The notes: generated by a model not told the origin, from the sequence alone. A stretch of 63,887 nt of DNA, filler included, from Vicugna vicugna (GCA_013265495.1; 79 parts of 79 records of this genome joined end to end with filler, not necessarily neighbours in it); one strand, 5' to 3'; positions 50,058 to 63,330 are shown, counted from the whole stretch's first letter. A program made the numbers and translations.

Positions 50058-50934
50058 NNNNNNNNNNNNNNNNNNNNNNNNNNNNNNNNNNNNNNNNNNN
50101 NTTAATTAATTAANNNNNNNNNNNNNNNNNNNNNNNNNNNNNNNNNNNNNNNNNNNNGACACAAGCCACCATTCCTAGCTTGTCACAGTGAGAGGTTCTC
50201 AGGGAGGGGGGAGGGAGAGAGTCGGAGAGAGGAGAGGGATTCTAGAGGCTTCCCTGGGCAGCAGAAGCAAACCCAGGGTACCAGAGTTTCTGAGAGTACA
50301 GAGTACCTCCGTGTTTTCTCTCTACTGCAGTCCAGAGTTCCAGAATCCCCTGGAGAGAAACTTACATACATGCATGTGTCCTGGAAAAGATCCGTCAGCC
50401 CTTACATGTAGTTTTACTTAGAAGCCCGCCCCTCAGGCTGCAGCTCTGGAGGGCAGCTCGGGGGCCGCGTCCACAGGCCGCCCGCGGCCCGGGGCTCTCC
50501 CCCGTTGCTGTACGCTGGCATGGCGGCTGATGGAGAACGAAGGTTCCTGGCCTGTGGGACTCCTGAGCATAAGCCCCCCTGGCCACCAGATCCACGTGAT
50601 TTAGAGGTATCTTCTGAGTGGCAGTCACAAAAATCAGGCTGCCAACAGACAGTACAAGATCCTTTCTGGAAGTTACGAGCCAGTGGACGTGAGACAGAGA
50701 GCGCACAAAGATGGCAGCCACCCGTCTACGTCCCTGGAGGGTAACCTGCAGGCTCTTACAAGCGTGTTCAATCCGATTCCTGCCATGAAGCTGCTGCTTT
50801 AACATAAGCAAATCTTTCACAATGGGGTATGATTNNNNNNNNNNNNNNNNNNNNNNNNNNNNNNNNNNNNNNNNNNNNTTAATTAATTAANNNNNNNNNN
50901 NNNNNNNNNNNNNNNNNNNNNNNNNNNNNNNNNN

Positions 50935-51462
50935 GAGACAACTCCACGCAGCTCTCTTTAGTGACAGGTGTTCCCTGTTATGGGAAGTCTGAGAAATAAC
51001 TTCCCTTAGTTTGGTGAGGCAGCCTCTGTCACTGGGATATCCTGTAAACCCCGCTAGCATTCCCTGGCACAGAGACATTAGAAAAACCCTCAGGGGATGT
51101 GAGCTTTAGCATTCCGTTTGAACCCACGCGATACCAACCGTTGGTGGAACCTCCCCACGCTCAGTTTTCCGGAAACATTGTCAGTGCGTGTAGGAACTCG
51201 AGAGAAAAGTCCACGCATCTCTCTTCAGTCACAGGTGTTCCCTGTTCGGGAAAGTCCGAAAAATACTTTCCCTGTACTTAGGGAGGCAGCCTCTGACACT
51301 AGGATATCCTGCAATCAACCCTAGGATTCCCTGGCACAGAGACATTAGGAAAACCCTCAGGGGAGACGCGCTTATGCATTCCATATGAACACACGCGCTA
51401 CCGACCTTTGGTGGAACCTACCCAATCTCAGGATTCTGGAACCATTGTCAGTGCGCGGGGGA
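50935..51462 (-). repeat. Satellite A
   Basis: Two monomers with A core motifs. Confidence 0.92.
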
Positions 51463-52245
51463 NNNNNNNNNNNNNNNNNNNNNNNNNNNNNNNNNNNNNN
51501 NNNNNNTTAATTAATTAANNNNNNNNNNNNNNNNNNNNNNNNNNNNNNNNNNNNNNNNNNNNCCGTGCCGGTGCCATCCAAAATGTAGCATCCGCATTTG
51601 AGAGATAGTGCTGAAAGAAATGCTTCCTATTCTCATGCTGTGGAGTTGGACCACTCTTCCTTGTCCTCTCATCCTTGTGGCACGGGTGCACGAAGGCAAC
51701 CACAGAGCTGTTGCGTATCCTGTGCCTCAAACCAAACCATAATCCCAGCCCAGGTTATGAATGAGGCTGATCCAAAGGNNNNNNNNNNNNNNNNNNNNNN
51801 NNNNNNNNNNNNNNNNNNNNNNNNNNNNNNNNNNNNNNNNNNNNNNNNNNNNNNNNNNNNNNNNNNNNNNNNNNNNNNNNNNNNNNNNNNNNNNNNNNNN
51901 NNNNNNNNNNNNNNNNNNNNNNNNNNNNNNNNNNNNNNNNNNNNNNNNNNNNNNNNNNNNNNNNNNNNNNNNNNNNNNNNNNNNNNNNNNNNNNNNNNNN
52001 NNNNNNNNNNNNNNNNNNNNNNNNNNNNNNNNNNNNNNNNNNNNNNNNNNNNNNNNNNNNNNNNNNNNNNNNNNNNNNNNNNNNNNNNNNNNNNNGTATA
52101 TCTCACTGACCGTTGCCCCTGCTAACTCAAATTTGGCATCACGGANNNNNNNNNNNNNNNNNNNNNNNNNNNNNNNNNNNNNNNNNNNNTTAATTAATTA
52201 ANNNNNNNNNNNNNNNNNNNNNNNNNNNNNNNNNNNNNNNNNNNN

Positions 52246-52924
52246 AGAATACAATATAGAATGTAGAACACAGAATATACAATATGGAAAGTAGAATACA
52301 GAACCCAGAATTTAGGACTTGGATTCAGAACACAGAATTTAGAATATAGAATACCGTATAATGAATATGGAATTTAGAACATGGAATGCAGAACACAGAA
52401 TTTAGAATAAAGAATACAGAATGCTTAATATTGAATTTAGAATATAGAATGTTGAAGACAGAATATAGAATACAGAATAGAGTATATAGAACACAGAATA
52501 TAGAACATGGAATGCAGAACACAGAATTTAGAATATAGAATACAGAATACAGAATATAGAATTTAGAATATAGATTGTAGAAAACATAATATAGAATATA
52601 GAGTACGGAATGCAGAATATAGAATACAGAATATAGAATATAGAACACAGAATACAGAATATGGAAAACACAATACAGAACCCAAAATTTAGAACATGGA
52701 ATGCAGAACACAGAATTTAGAATATACACTACAGAATACTGAATATAAAATTTAGAATATAGAATGTAGATCACAGAATGTAAAATATGGAATACGGAAT
52801 ACGGAAGGCAGAATATAGAATTTGTAATATAGTATGAAGAACACAAAATATAGAATATATAAAAGAGAATATACATACTTTAATTTAGAAATGGAATGCT
52901 TAACACATAATTTAATATATAGAA
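52246..52924 (+). repeat. Satellite E (heptamer)
   Basis: 7-bp periodicity; recurrent AGAACATGGAATGCAGAACACAGAATTT block. Confidence 0.93.
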
Positions 52925-53024
52925 NNNNNNNNNNNNNNNNNNNNNNNNNNNNNNNNNNNNNNNNNNNNTTAATTAATTAANNNNNNNNNNNNNNNNNNNN
53001 NNNNNNNNNNNNNNNNNNNNNNNN

Positions 53025-53879
53025 TTCGTTCATTTTTCACAGAAAAATACTTCTGGAGCGATTTACAACATACAGTTATGTAATTTACATGAATTTCATC
53101 ATCATGTCATTCCGGGTTCCGTACATGCTACATGCATGACGGATTTGACAATCATGAGCTTCTGACTTGTGAGCATGTGGATTACTGAACTTTCATCCAC
53201 CAAAAAAAGGGTATATTAACTTAGAAATTTTTTATTGTGACTTNNNNNNNNNNNNNNNNNNNNNNNNNNNNNNNNNNNNNNNNNNNNNNNNNNNNNNNNN
53301 NNNNNNNNNNNNNNNNNNNNNNNNNNNNNNNNNGTAATTTACATTGTTTACATAACCATGGCATTCCGTATTCCGAACATGTTTCATGCACCATGGAATC
53401 CTTAAACATGAATTTCTGAGTTGTAAACATGTGCATGACTGATGTTTCTACCACCAAACAAGTTACCTATGCACTTTGAAATATTTACTTTGACTTTGTA
53501 GCTTCTTCCTTTCACCAGTTTCAAGAATCACACTTTGATCCCAGAAAAACCCTCTTGGAGTGAATACTACCCTTGATATATGTAATTTGACTAGATTCCA
53601 TCAACATGAAATTCCGTGTTCCGTACAAGCTTCATGCATGACGGATTTGACAAACATGCATTCCTGAGTTGATAGCATGTGGATTACTGATCTTTCATTC
53701 TCTATAAAAGGAATAATTTCATCTAGACATTGTACTCATTTTCACAAGCTTTCCAAAACACCAGTTTCGAATTCGTTCATTTTTCACAGAAAAATAATTC
53801 TGGGGCGATTTCCACCTAAGAGATACGTAATTTTCATGAATTCCATCCACATGGCATTCCGGGTTCCGTACATGATACA
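53025..53879 (+). repeat. Satellite C, more than one trimer unit
   Basis: CACAGAAAAATA.TTCTGG.GCGATTT at 53038 and 53785 (across an estimated gap). Confidence 0.92.
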
Positions 53880-53979
53880 NNNNNNNNNNNNNNNNNNNNN
53901 NNNNNNNNNNNNNNNNNNNNNNNTTAATTAATTAANNNNNNNNNNNNNNNNNNNNNNNNNNNNNNNNNNNNNNNNNNNN

Positions 53980-55088
53980 AGAATATAGAATGTAGAATAC
54001 AGGATAAAGAATCCAGAATAAAGAGCATGCTATACAGAACACAGAATTTAGAATATAGATTACATAAAACTTATTATAGAATTTAGAATATAGAATGAAG
54101 AACACAGAATTTATAATATATAATAAAGAATACTGAATATAGAATTTAGAATATAGAATGTAGAACACAGAATATAGAATGTAGAATACAGGATAAAGAA
54201 TCCAGAATAAAGAGCATGCTATACAGAACACAGAATTTAGAATATAGATTACATAAAACTTATTATAGAATTTAGAATATAGAATGAAGAACGCAGAATT
54301 TATAATATAGAATACAGAAAGCTGAATATACTATTTAGAATAAAGAATGTAGAACACAGATATAGAATGTAGAATATCGATTATAGAACCCAGAATTTAG
54401 AACATGGAATGCATAACACAGAAATTAGAATATATAATACAGTATACTGATCATAGAACTTAGAACATAGAATGCAGAACACAGACTTTAGAATATGGAA
54501 TACAGAATACTGAATATTGAATTGAGTATATGGAGTGCAGAATACAGAATTTAGAATATAGAATACAGAATACTGAATATAGAATTTAGAATATAGAANN
54601 NNNNNNNNNNNNNNNNNNNNNNNNNNNNNNNNNNNNNNNNNNNNNNNNNNNNNNNNNNNNNNNNNNNNNNNNNNNNNNNNNNNNNNNNNNNNNNNNNNNN
54701 NNNNNNNNNNNNNNNNNNNNNNNNNNNNNNNNNNNNNNNNNNNNNNNNNNNNNNNNNNNNNNNNNNNNNNNNNNNNNNNNNNNNNNNNNNNNNNNNNNNN
54801 NNNNNNNNNNNNNNNNNNNNNNNNNNNNNNNNNNNNNNNNNNNNNNNNNNNNNNNNNNNNNTAGTGAATACAGAATTTAGAATATAGAATGTAGAACACA
54901 GAATTTAGAATATAGAATACAGAATACTGAATAAATATATTAGAATATAGAATGTAGAACACAGAACATAGAATAGAGTATACAGAAAGCAAAACATCGA
55001 TTGTAGAGTATAGAATGTAGTACGCAAAATATAGAATAAGAAAAGAGAATATAGAAGCCAGAATTTAGAATATGGAATGCAGAACATA
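53980..55088 (+). repeat. Satellite E with 189-bp higher-order duplication
   Basis: AGGATAAAGAATCCAGAATAAAGAGCATGC at 54001 and 54190. Confidence 0.93.
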
Positions 55089-56043
55089 NNNNNNNNNNNN
55101 NNNNNNNNNNNNNNNNNNNNNNNNNNNNNNNNTTAATTAATTAANNNNNNNNNNNNNNNNNNNNNNNNNNNNNNNNNNNNNNNNNNNNAATTCAAGGATA
55201 CTTTCTCAGAAAAAAGTATAAACTCTTTCACACTTGTGCAATTTGGCTACTATTTTTGTGGCTTGTTGACAGCATGGGTTTGGTGTTCTAGTCCAAAGCC
55301 CAGATTACATGCAAAGAAATGTATCTATTCATATCCAAAGGAAACCAGAGCTGCTTAACAACAGTTTGCAGTTAGAATTGAAAGGAAATTTGATAAAGGC
55401 AATCTCTCTCTCACTCTTCTTTCTTTTCTGGCATCATATAATTTTAGNNNNNNNNNNNNNNNNNNNNNNNNNNNNNNNNNNNNNNNNNNNNNNNNNNNNN
55501 NNNNNNNNNNNNNNNNNNNNNNNNNNNNNNNNNNNNNNNNNNNNNNNNNNNNNNNNNNNNNNNNNNNNNNNNNNNNNNNNNNNNNNNNNNNNNNNNNNNN
55601 NNNNNNNNNNNNNNNNNNNNNNNNNNNNNNNNNNNNNNNNNNNNNNNNNNNNNNNNNNNNNNNNNNNNNNNNNNNNNNNNNNNNNNNNNNNNNNNNNNNN
55701 NNNNNNNNNNNNNNNNATAAATTGTCAACGTCGATTTTCTTCATGTGACCGTTTTATGCTAACTTTGGATATCAAACCCACACTCCATAAGTAAAGCTCA
55801 GGCTTACACTGCAGCACAGCTACATCCCGTGGAAGAAAGCCAATGAAGGGATAACTGGACAGTTTCCCTTCAGAAGCTGCTAAGTCTGACTTTGCAATTG
55901 TACGTCATTTGCGACCACGTCATCATCAAAGGAGTAAGACCTTNNNNNNNNNNNNNNNNNNNNNNNNNNNNNNNNNNNNNNNNNNNNTTAATTAATTAAN
56001 NNNNNNNNNNNNNNNNNNNNNNNNNNNNNNNNNNNNNNNNNNN

Positions 56044-56846
56044 AAGTTCCTGCGGTTTGCACTGTAAAACCGAGTTGGAACTTGTTCCCCCCATATATAT
56101 GTATGGAATGGAGTTTGGAATTGACAAGAAATTTTGTGTTCCCTTCAAGCTAGGTGAAGGACGGCTTTCACACACACTTATCTCTCAGAACTGAGCATGT
56201 GGAGAGACGTTCGTTCATCCAGCACAAGCAAAACTGGTTGCAGGAGAAACACTTACTCTGGTTTCTCAGTTTGTTTCCTAGTGCCAGTTTGAAGTTCCTG
56301 CGGTTTGCACTGTAAAACCGTGTTGGAGCTTGTGCCTCCCCATATATATGTGTGGTGTGGAGTTTGCAATAAAAAAGAAACTTTGTGTTTCCTTCAAGTT
56401 AAGTGAAGAATGGCTTTCACACACACTTATCTCTCAGAACTGAGCATGTGGAGAGACGTTCGTTCATCCAGCACAAGCAAAACTGGTTGCAGGAGAAACA
56501 CTTACTCTGGTATCTCAGTCTTTTTCCTAGTGNNNNNNNNNNNNNNNNNNNNNNNNNNNNNNNNNNNNNNNNNNNNNNNNNNNNNNNNNNNNNNNNNNNN
56601 NNNNNNNNNNNNNNNNNNNNNNNNNNNNNNNNNNNNNNNNNNNNNNNNNNNNNNNNNNNNNNNNNNNNNNNNNNNNNTCAGAACTGAGCATTTGGAGAGA
56701 CGTTCGTTCATCCAGCACTAAGGGAACGGAACGGTGGAGAAACACTTACTCTGGATACTCAGTCTCTTTCCTAGTGCCGGTTTTAAGTTCCTTCAGATTG
56801 CACTTTAAAGCCGAGTTGTAGCTTGTACCTCCCAATATATATGTAT
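56044..56846 (+). repeat. Satellite B
   Basis: GAGACGTT at 56204 and 56453 (249 bp). Confidence 0.94.
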
Positions 56847-57489
56847 NNNNNNNNNNNNNNNNNNNNNNNNNNNNNNNNNNNNNNNNNNNNTTAATTAATT
56901 AANNNNNNNNNNNNNNNNNNNNNNNNNNNNNNNNNNNNNNNNNNNNTGCAGCCTTAGCCCGGCCCTCGGCCCCCGGGATGGACAGCGGGCAACAGTGGCA
57001 GTGGCAGTGGTAGTGGGGGTGGCGGCGTTGGCGGCGGAGGCGGGACAGGGCGGCTGTCCTGGGAGAGCAAGTCCACTTGCTCCCACTTCCCCCGCCGCCT
57101 GGCCTCTGCTGCCAGAGCTTGCTGGAAGGAGTTTCCCCCTGTCAGCCTGCCCCTGGGAGGCAGGCCGGCTATGGCCAGGGGGGCGGGGCGGCGGCAGTGG
57201 CAGCAGCAGAGCTGGAGATGGCAGGATTGGGGCTGACCCATACTACTAGCCAGGTACTTGCTCCCATTGCCCNNNNNNNNNNNNNNNNNNNNNNNNNNNN
57301 NNNNNNNNNNNNNNNTTGCAGCATAGATTTCCCATGTGTAAAATCACGTGTGTGGATATCTACCTTGTAGCATTATAAGGTAGATTTATGTTAATTAATA
57401 TATTAAAATGCTTAGAATTGTGTGTGATATAAAGAAAGCATTCAATAAATATTATCTTTTGCTACTACAGAAGGTGTGCTCAATCCTAT

Positions 57490-57612
57490 GTTTGTGTGTT
57501 TGTGTGTGTATACACATACAGATATAAACACGTATACACACATATACATATATATCCACGTACATACGTATTAGCATGACTTATATAATTATATATGTGT
57601 ATGTGTGTATGA
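57490..57612. repeat. (TG)/(TA)/(CA) compound microsatellite
   Basis: Alternating purine-pyrimidine tract. Confidence 0.7.
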
Positions 57613-58293
57613 TTTATAAAGCCTGTGTAAGCCTACTTTAAACCACATGAGATNNNNNNNNNNNNNNNNNNNNNNNNNNNNNNNNNNNNNNNNNNNNTTA
57701 ATTAATTAANNNNNNNNNNNNNNNNNNNNNNNNNNNNNNNNNNNNNNNNNNNNGGCAGAAAAGCAGAGAAAGTACTTCAGGCGAAGGAGACTAGGGTTTG
57801 TGGCTGGGTGCGAGGCCTAACGAGGCATGGGTGGATGGCTCCAGGGTCATCTGTCAGAAGCTGTTCCCCTTCAGCAGCTAAGAGGCAAAACTAAAAAGGC
57901 AGGTGGGATGTCATTAATGATCATGGGGAAAACTGGGAGGAGAAAACTGAGGTCAGGAGATCACCACCAAAGGCACTTAATTTTAGAGGAACAAAAAGAA
58001 TTCAAAAAACACTTGGAAATTCTATCTCCCATCCCGTGAATGAACACAAAAATAAGTTTCACTCCAGCGTTGAATACAGAAAAACAGACTGCCTACTCTC
58101 ATAAATGGATTGAATTTTCTAATTCATTAGGGATTATTTAGAAAATACGAAAATGAATAAATCTGAAAAATCTCTCTAGAATAGCTGTTACTCNNNNNNN
58201 NNNNNNNNNNNNNNNNNNNNNNNNNNNNNNNNNNNNNTTAATTAATTAANNNNNNNNNNNNNNNNNNNNNNNNNNNNNNNNNNNNNNNNNNNN

Positions 58294-58990
58294 AACTGAA
58301 CATGTGGAGAGACGTTCATTCATCCAGCACCAAGGGAATGTGTTGCAGGAGAAACACTTAGTCTTGATTCTCAGTCTGTTTCCTAGTGCCGGTTTGAAGT
58401 GCCTGCTGTTTTCACTGTAAAACCGAGTTGGAGCTTGTGCCTCCCCATATATATGTATGGAGTAGAGTTGGCATCTGAAAAGAAACTTTGTGTTCCCTCC
58501 AAGCTAGGTGAAGGACGGCTTTCAGACACACTTATCTCTCAGAACTGAGCATGTGGAGAGACGTTCGTTCATCCAGCAACCCAAGGGAACGCGTTGCAGT
58601 GGAAACACTTACTCTGGTTTCTCAGTCTGTTTCCTAGTGCCGGGTGAAATGAACGCCGCTTTCACTGTAAAAGCGAGTTGGAGCTTGTATCTCCCCATAT
58701 ATAAGTATGGAGTGGAGTAGGCAACTGAAAAGAAACTTTGTGTTCCCTTCATGCTAGGTGAAGGACGGCTTAACACACACTTATCTCTCAGATCTAAACA
58801 TGTGGAGAGACGTTCGTTCATCCAGCACCAAGGGAACGGGTTGCAGGAGAAACAATTACTCTGGTTTCTCATTCTTTTTCTATTGCCGGTTTGAAGTGCC
58901 TGCATTTTTCACTGTAAAACCGATTTGGTGATTGTACCTACACAAATATATGTGTGGAGTGGAGTTGGCAACTGAAAAGAAACTTAGTGT
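58294..58990 (+). repeat. Satellite B
   Basis: GACGTT at 58311, 58560 and 58809 (249/249). Confidence 0.95.
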
Positions 58991-59090
58991 NNNNNNNNNN
59001 NNNNNNNNNNNNNNNNNNNNNNNNNNNNNNNNNNTTAATTAATTAANNNNNNNNNNNNNNNNNNNNNNNNNNNNNNNNNNNNNNNNNNNN

Positions 59091-59877
59091 GGATGAAAGA
59101 TTGGTAATCCAGATGACCTCAACTTAGGAATGTATGTTTGTCGAATCCGTCATATATGTAGCATGCAGAAAACACGGAATATCTTGTAGATGGAATCTAT
59201 TCAAATTACATATCTCTAGGGTAGAATTCGCTCTAAGAGGTTTTTTGTGTGATGAAAGTGTGATTCTTGAAACTGGTGATAGGAAGATTCTACCAAGTCA
59301 ATGTAAATATTTCAGAGTGCATAGGTAACTTGTTTGGTGGTTGAAACATCAGTCATGCGGATGTTCACAACTCAGAAATGCATGTTTGAGGAATTCGTGA
59401 TGCATGAAACATGTTNNNNNNNNNNNNNNNNNNNNNNNNNNNNNNNNNNNNNNNNNNNNNNNNNNNNNNNNNNNNNNNNNNNNNNNNNNNNNNNNNNNNN
59501 NNNNNNNNNNNNNNNNNNNNNNNNNNNNNNNNNNNNNNNNNNNNNNNNNNNNNNNNNNNNNNNNNNNNNNNNNNNNNNNNNNNNNNNNNNNNNNNNNNNN
59601 NNNNNNNNNNNNNNNNNNNNNNNNNNNNNNNNNNNNNNNNNNNNNNNNNNNNNNNNNNNNNNNNNNNNNNNNNNNNNNNNNNNNGTTGATGGAAGTAATT
59701 TACATATCTGTTAGGTGGAAATCGCTCCAGAATTATTTTTCTTTGAAAAAAGCACGAATTCCAAACTGGTGCTAGGGAAAGCACGTGATAATGTGTTTAC
59801 GTGTCTAGATGAAAATATTCCTTTTATAGTGGTGAAAGATTAGTAATCCAGATGCCCTCAACTCATGAATGCATGTT
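59091..59877 (-). repeat. Satellite C
   Basis: TAATCCAGATG.CCTCAACT at 59105 and 59844 (739 bp, across a gap). Confidence 0.9.
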
Positions 59878-59977
59878 NNNNNNNNNNNNNNNNNNNNNNN
59901 NNNNNNNNNNNNNNNNNNNNNTTAATTAATTAANNNNNNNNNNNNNNNNNNNNNNNNNNNNNNNNNNNNNNNNNNNN

Positions 59978-60017
59978 GCTAAGCATGCACTCTACCACTT
60001 GAGTTATGCAATCCCCC
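59978..60017 (-). mobile_element. Vic-1-type SINE 5' end (truncated by scaffold edge)
   Basis: GCTAAGCATGCACTCTACCACTTGAGTTAT...CCCC matches 10456-10494. Confidence 0.7.
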
Positions 60018-60800
60018 TATAACATGTGAATTATATCTCAACAAAGTTAAAAAAAAATCCACAGGCAGGATCTAGACAATTTTCTTAATTCTCTACTTTG
60101 GGTGTACAGATGTGATCTGAACTTCTCCATGCTTTGACAACATGTCTAAAATGAATAGAAAATGAAGGCAATGTCTAACTTCAACTGGTTTGTATAATGA
60201 CCTTTCTGCACAAGNNNNNNNNNNNNNNNNNNNCCATGAAATAAATACACACAGGTTCTATATCCATTCACAAAAGTGAAGATGAGACATGACAATTTTC
60301 TGGAACATTCCATGAAACATTATCCTCTGATTTTATCTAGCTTGCCTCATTGTGGTGAGAGATCACTAAAACATACTGTTTAATAGGAAAAAAAAGTTAA
60401 CTTCTGTGAGGAAAGAGGTATAATTCTCAACTTTTCTAAGGGTAAATATTATAAGAAAAAAATAAAGAATGGCAGAATGAAAGTCAACATTTAAGAAACA
60501 AGTGCATTATAAAGATGATAAAAGTGAAATTATAATGAAGATGCAAAAGAAAGCTGTCCCTGAAAAGCTAGTGTCCTGCAACACTCTGGGCTGCACGTTC
60601 ACGGCTGACGTGCTGAGTTTCATACATACTGGGTTTGCAGCTTGATGTGGCTTCTTCTCTCCATCCTGTCTCTTATTTTCTGAGTTAGTTTGATGATGTG
60701 NNNNNNNNNNNNNNNNNNNNNNNNNNNNNNNNNNNNNNNNNNNNTTAATTAATTAANNNNNNNNNNNNNNNNNNNNNNNNNNNNNNNNNNNNNNNNNNNN

Positions 60801-61033
60801 GAATACAGTGCCACTCTTCTCAGTAACATTCTGTTTTGAAAAGTATGGCTATTTTCACAAAAATATGTTAATGCATAATAGGTCCACCATTATTTTTAAG
60901 TGAATTATTAAATATAGAAAAAACTTCTCAGTTTTATACATGTTAAATATTAAGATAACCCACACACACAAAAAAGCTCCTTAGTGTACTAATTTTTGAG
61001 CGTAAAGGGATTTCTGAGGCTCCCCAAAAGTTT
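60801..61033. mobile_element. Charlie1-like hAT DNA transposon end
   Basis: GTGCCACTCTTCTCA...TTCTCAGTTTTA...ATAACCCACA...AAAAGCTC...TAATTTTTGAGCGTAAAGGG. Confidence 0.7.
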
Positions 61034-61319
61034 GTCCCCGACTCCCAACCCCCATCCCCGCAACACACACACACACACACACCACACACACACACACCAC
61101 ACACACACATACACGGGTGAGGAGTGTTACGTACGCTGCAGGAGAGAAGTGCCATTCTGATGTGCTGGCTGAGTTAGGAAAGGCAGCGCGTGCTCCTTCC
61201 TGATCTCTGAATCTATTAGTATGGGCTCTGTGCCCAAACCTTCTACCCAGGGTCCCTTCCCCGTCACCCCATTTTCCCCTTGCCACTTGCTGTGGATTCC
61301 CCGATCTGTCCCCACCACT

Positions 61320-61699
61320 GAGGATTTCTCTATCTGGCCACCCCCGGGTCGGCGAGGACTCCCGGGTGAGGCCCGCACGCCCTCCTCGGGGTGAGGACTC
61401 CCAGGTCAGCCGCCCCGAACAGCCTCAGGGAGGGTTGCACAGTCCCCGGCCCCTGGCCTCGGCGCAGCACAGACTGGAGACCGGGCGGAGGAGTCGGTCC
61501 TCGGAAACTAGTCCCCGATTCTCCCCTCGGCCTTCCCTGGACGCCCCCGCCGCCCGGTCCGGGGCTGTCCTGCGCGCAGCAGCAGCCCGGCTCCAGGAAG
61601 GTGCCGGGGGGAGCGGCGGACTCGCACCCACCCCGCCGGGGCCTGGGCGGTCGACCATCCGGTCCGGGGACGTCGGTCGGGCCACGTAGTACTCACCGC
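61320..61699 (-). promoter_or_regulatory. CpG-island fragment beginning at a minus-strand splice donor (probable first intron)
   Basis: Dense CpG. Scaffold ends GTACTCACCGC, which is GCG|GTGAGTAC on the minus strand. Confidence 0.6.
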
Positions 61700-62318
61700 N
61701 NNNNNNNNNNNNNNNNNNNNNNNNNNNNNNNNNNNNNNNNNNNTTAATTAATTAANNNNNNNNNNNNNNNNNNNNNNNNNNNNNNNNNNNNNNNNNNNNC
61801 TCAATTCTCTGCTCCAAGAACGGGTCCAAGATCCCTGACATCTACATGAGAAGAGATGGCAGATGTGATCAAAAAGCTCATGATCTTGGAAGAGGTCATG
61901 AGAATCCAAACGTACCAAGGGGCATTTCCAAGCCAATCAGACCAAAGTGCACCAAGCCCAAGTAAGCCTTTTCCCAGGTTTGGGCCTAGCTAGCAAGCAC
62001 TTGCTCTTCCCTCCCCTCCACTCAGGCATCCATTNNNNNNNNNNNNNNNNNNNNNNNNNNNNNNNNNNNNNNNNNNNNNNNNNNNNNNNNNNNNNNNNNN
62101 NNNNNNNNNNNNNNNNNNNNNNNNNNNNNTAAAGGTCTAAAAGTCTCGACTGAAATAGATAGGGTATGAATATTTATCTCACACAAAGAAACGTTGGCCT
62201 TCCGCTAGATTCAGCAAANNNNNNNNNNNNNNNNNNNNNNNNNNNNNNNNNNNNNNNNNNNNTTAATTAATTAANNNNNNNNNNNNNNNNNNNNNNNNNN
62301 NNNNNNNNNNNNNNNNNN

Positions 62319-63146
62319 GAAGGGAACACAAAGTTTCTTTTCAGTTGCAAACTACACTGCATATATATACATGGGGAAGTACAAGCTCCAAATTGGTTTT
62401 ACATTCAAAAATGCAGGAGCATAAAACTGACACTAGGAAACAGACTGAGAATCCAGAGTAAGTGTTTCTCCTGCAAATCGTTCATTTGTTGCTGGATGAA
62501 CGAACATCTCTCCACATTCCAAGTTCTGAGACATAAAAGTGTGCAAGCCATTCTTCACATAGCTTGAAGGGAACAGAAAGTTTCTTTTCAGTTGCNNNNN
62601 NNNNNNNNNNNNNNNNNNNNNNNNNNNNNNNCTATTCCTTATGCTGAATAAACGAACGTCTGTCCACATGCTCAATTCTGAGAAATTAGTGTGTGTGAAA
62701 GCCCACCTTCACCTAGGTGGATGGGAAGACAAATTTTCATTTCAGTTTCCACCCCACTACATACATATACATTGGGAAGCTCAAGCTCCAACCTGGTTTT
62801 ACAGTGAAAAGTGCAAGAAATTACAACCAGCACTAGGAGACAGACTGAGATCCCAGAGTAAGTGTTTCCCAATCAAACCGTTTCTTTAGTGCTGGATCAA
62901 CGAACGTCTCTCCACATGCTCAGTTCTGAGAGAGAAGTGTTTGTTAAAGTCGTCCTTCACCTAGCTTGAAGGGAACACAAAATTTCTTTTCAGTTGCAAA
63001 CTCCACTACATAGATATATATGGGGAAGTAAAAGCTCCAAATCGTTATTACAGTGAAAACTACAGGAACATCATAACGGGAGCAGGAAACAGAATGAGAA
63101 ACAAGGGTAAGTGTTTCTCCTGCAACCCGTTCCCTTTGTGCTGGAT
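62319..63146 (-). repeat. Satellite B, moderately diverged
   Basis: GAAGGGAACACAAAGTTTC and GATGAACGAAC.TCTCTCCACAT motifs repeated. Confidence 0.92.
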
Positions 63147-63330
63147 NNNNNNNNNNNNNNNNNNNNNNNNNNNNNNNNNNNNNNNNNNNNTTAATTAATT
63201 AANNNNNNNNNNNNNNNNNNNNNNNNNNNNNNNNNNNNNNNNNNNNGGAAAAAAAATCTTTGTGATGAGAACCCTTAGGATTTATCCTCTTCACCATTTT
63301 CCTATACGTCATAGAGCAGTGTTAGCTGCT

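Noticed and set aside
51563..52145. Possible microbial contaminant or ERV coding piece
   Set aside because: Too little sequence and no recognisable motif; cannot be supported without a search.
52325..52876. 183-aa hydrophobic Y/I/L/S/F-rich ORF (also 39488, 53932, 54381)
   Set aside because: Translation of the ATATTCT heptamer strand, which is stop-poor by composition.
61366..61747. Pro/Arg/Ala-rich ORFs in CpG islands (also 28707, 34433, 48008)
   Set aside because: Overlapping ORFs in several frames are expected in high-GC DNA; no domain recognised.
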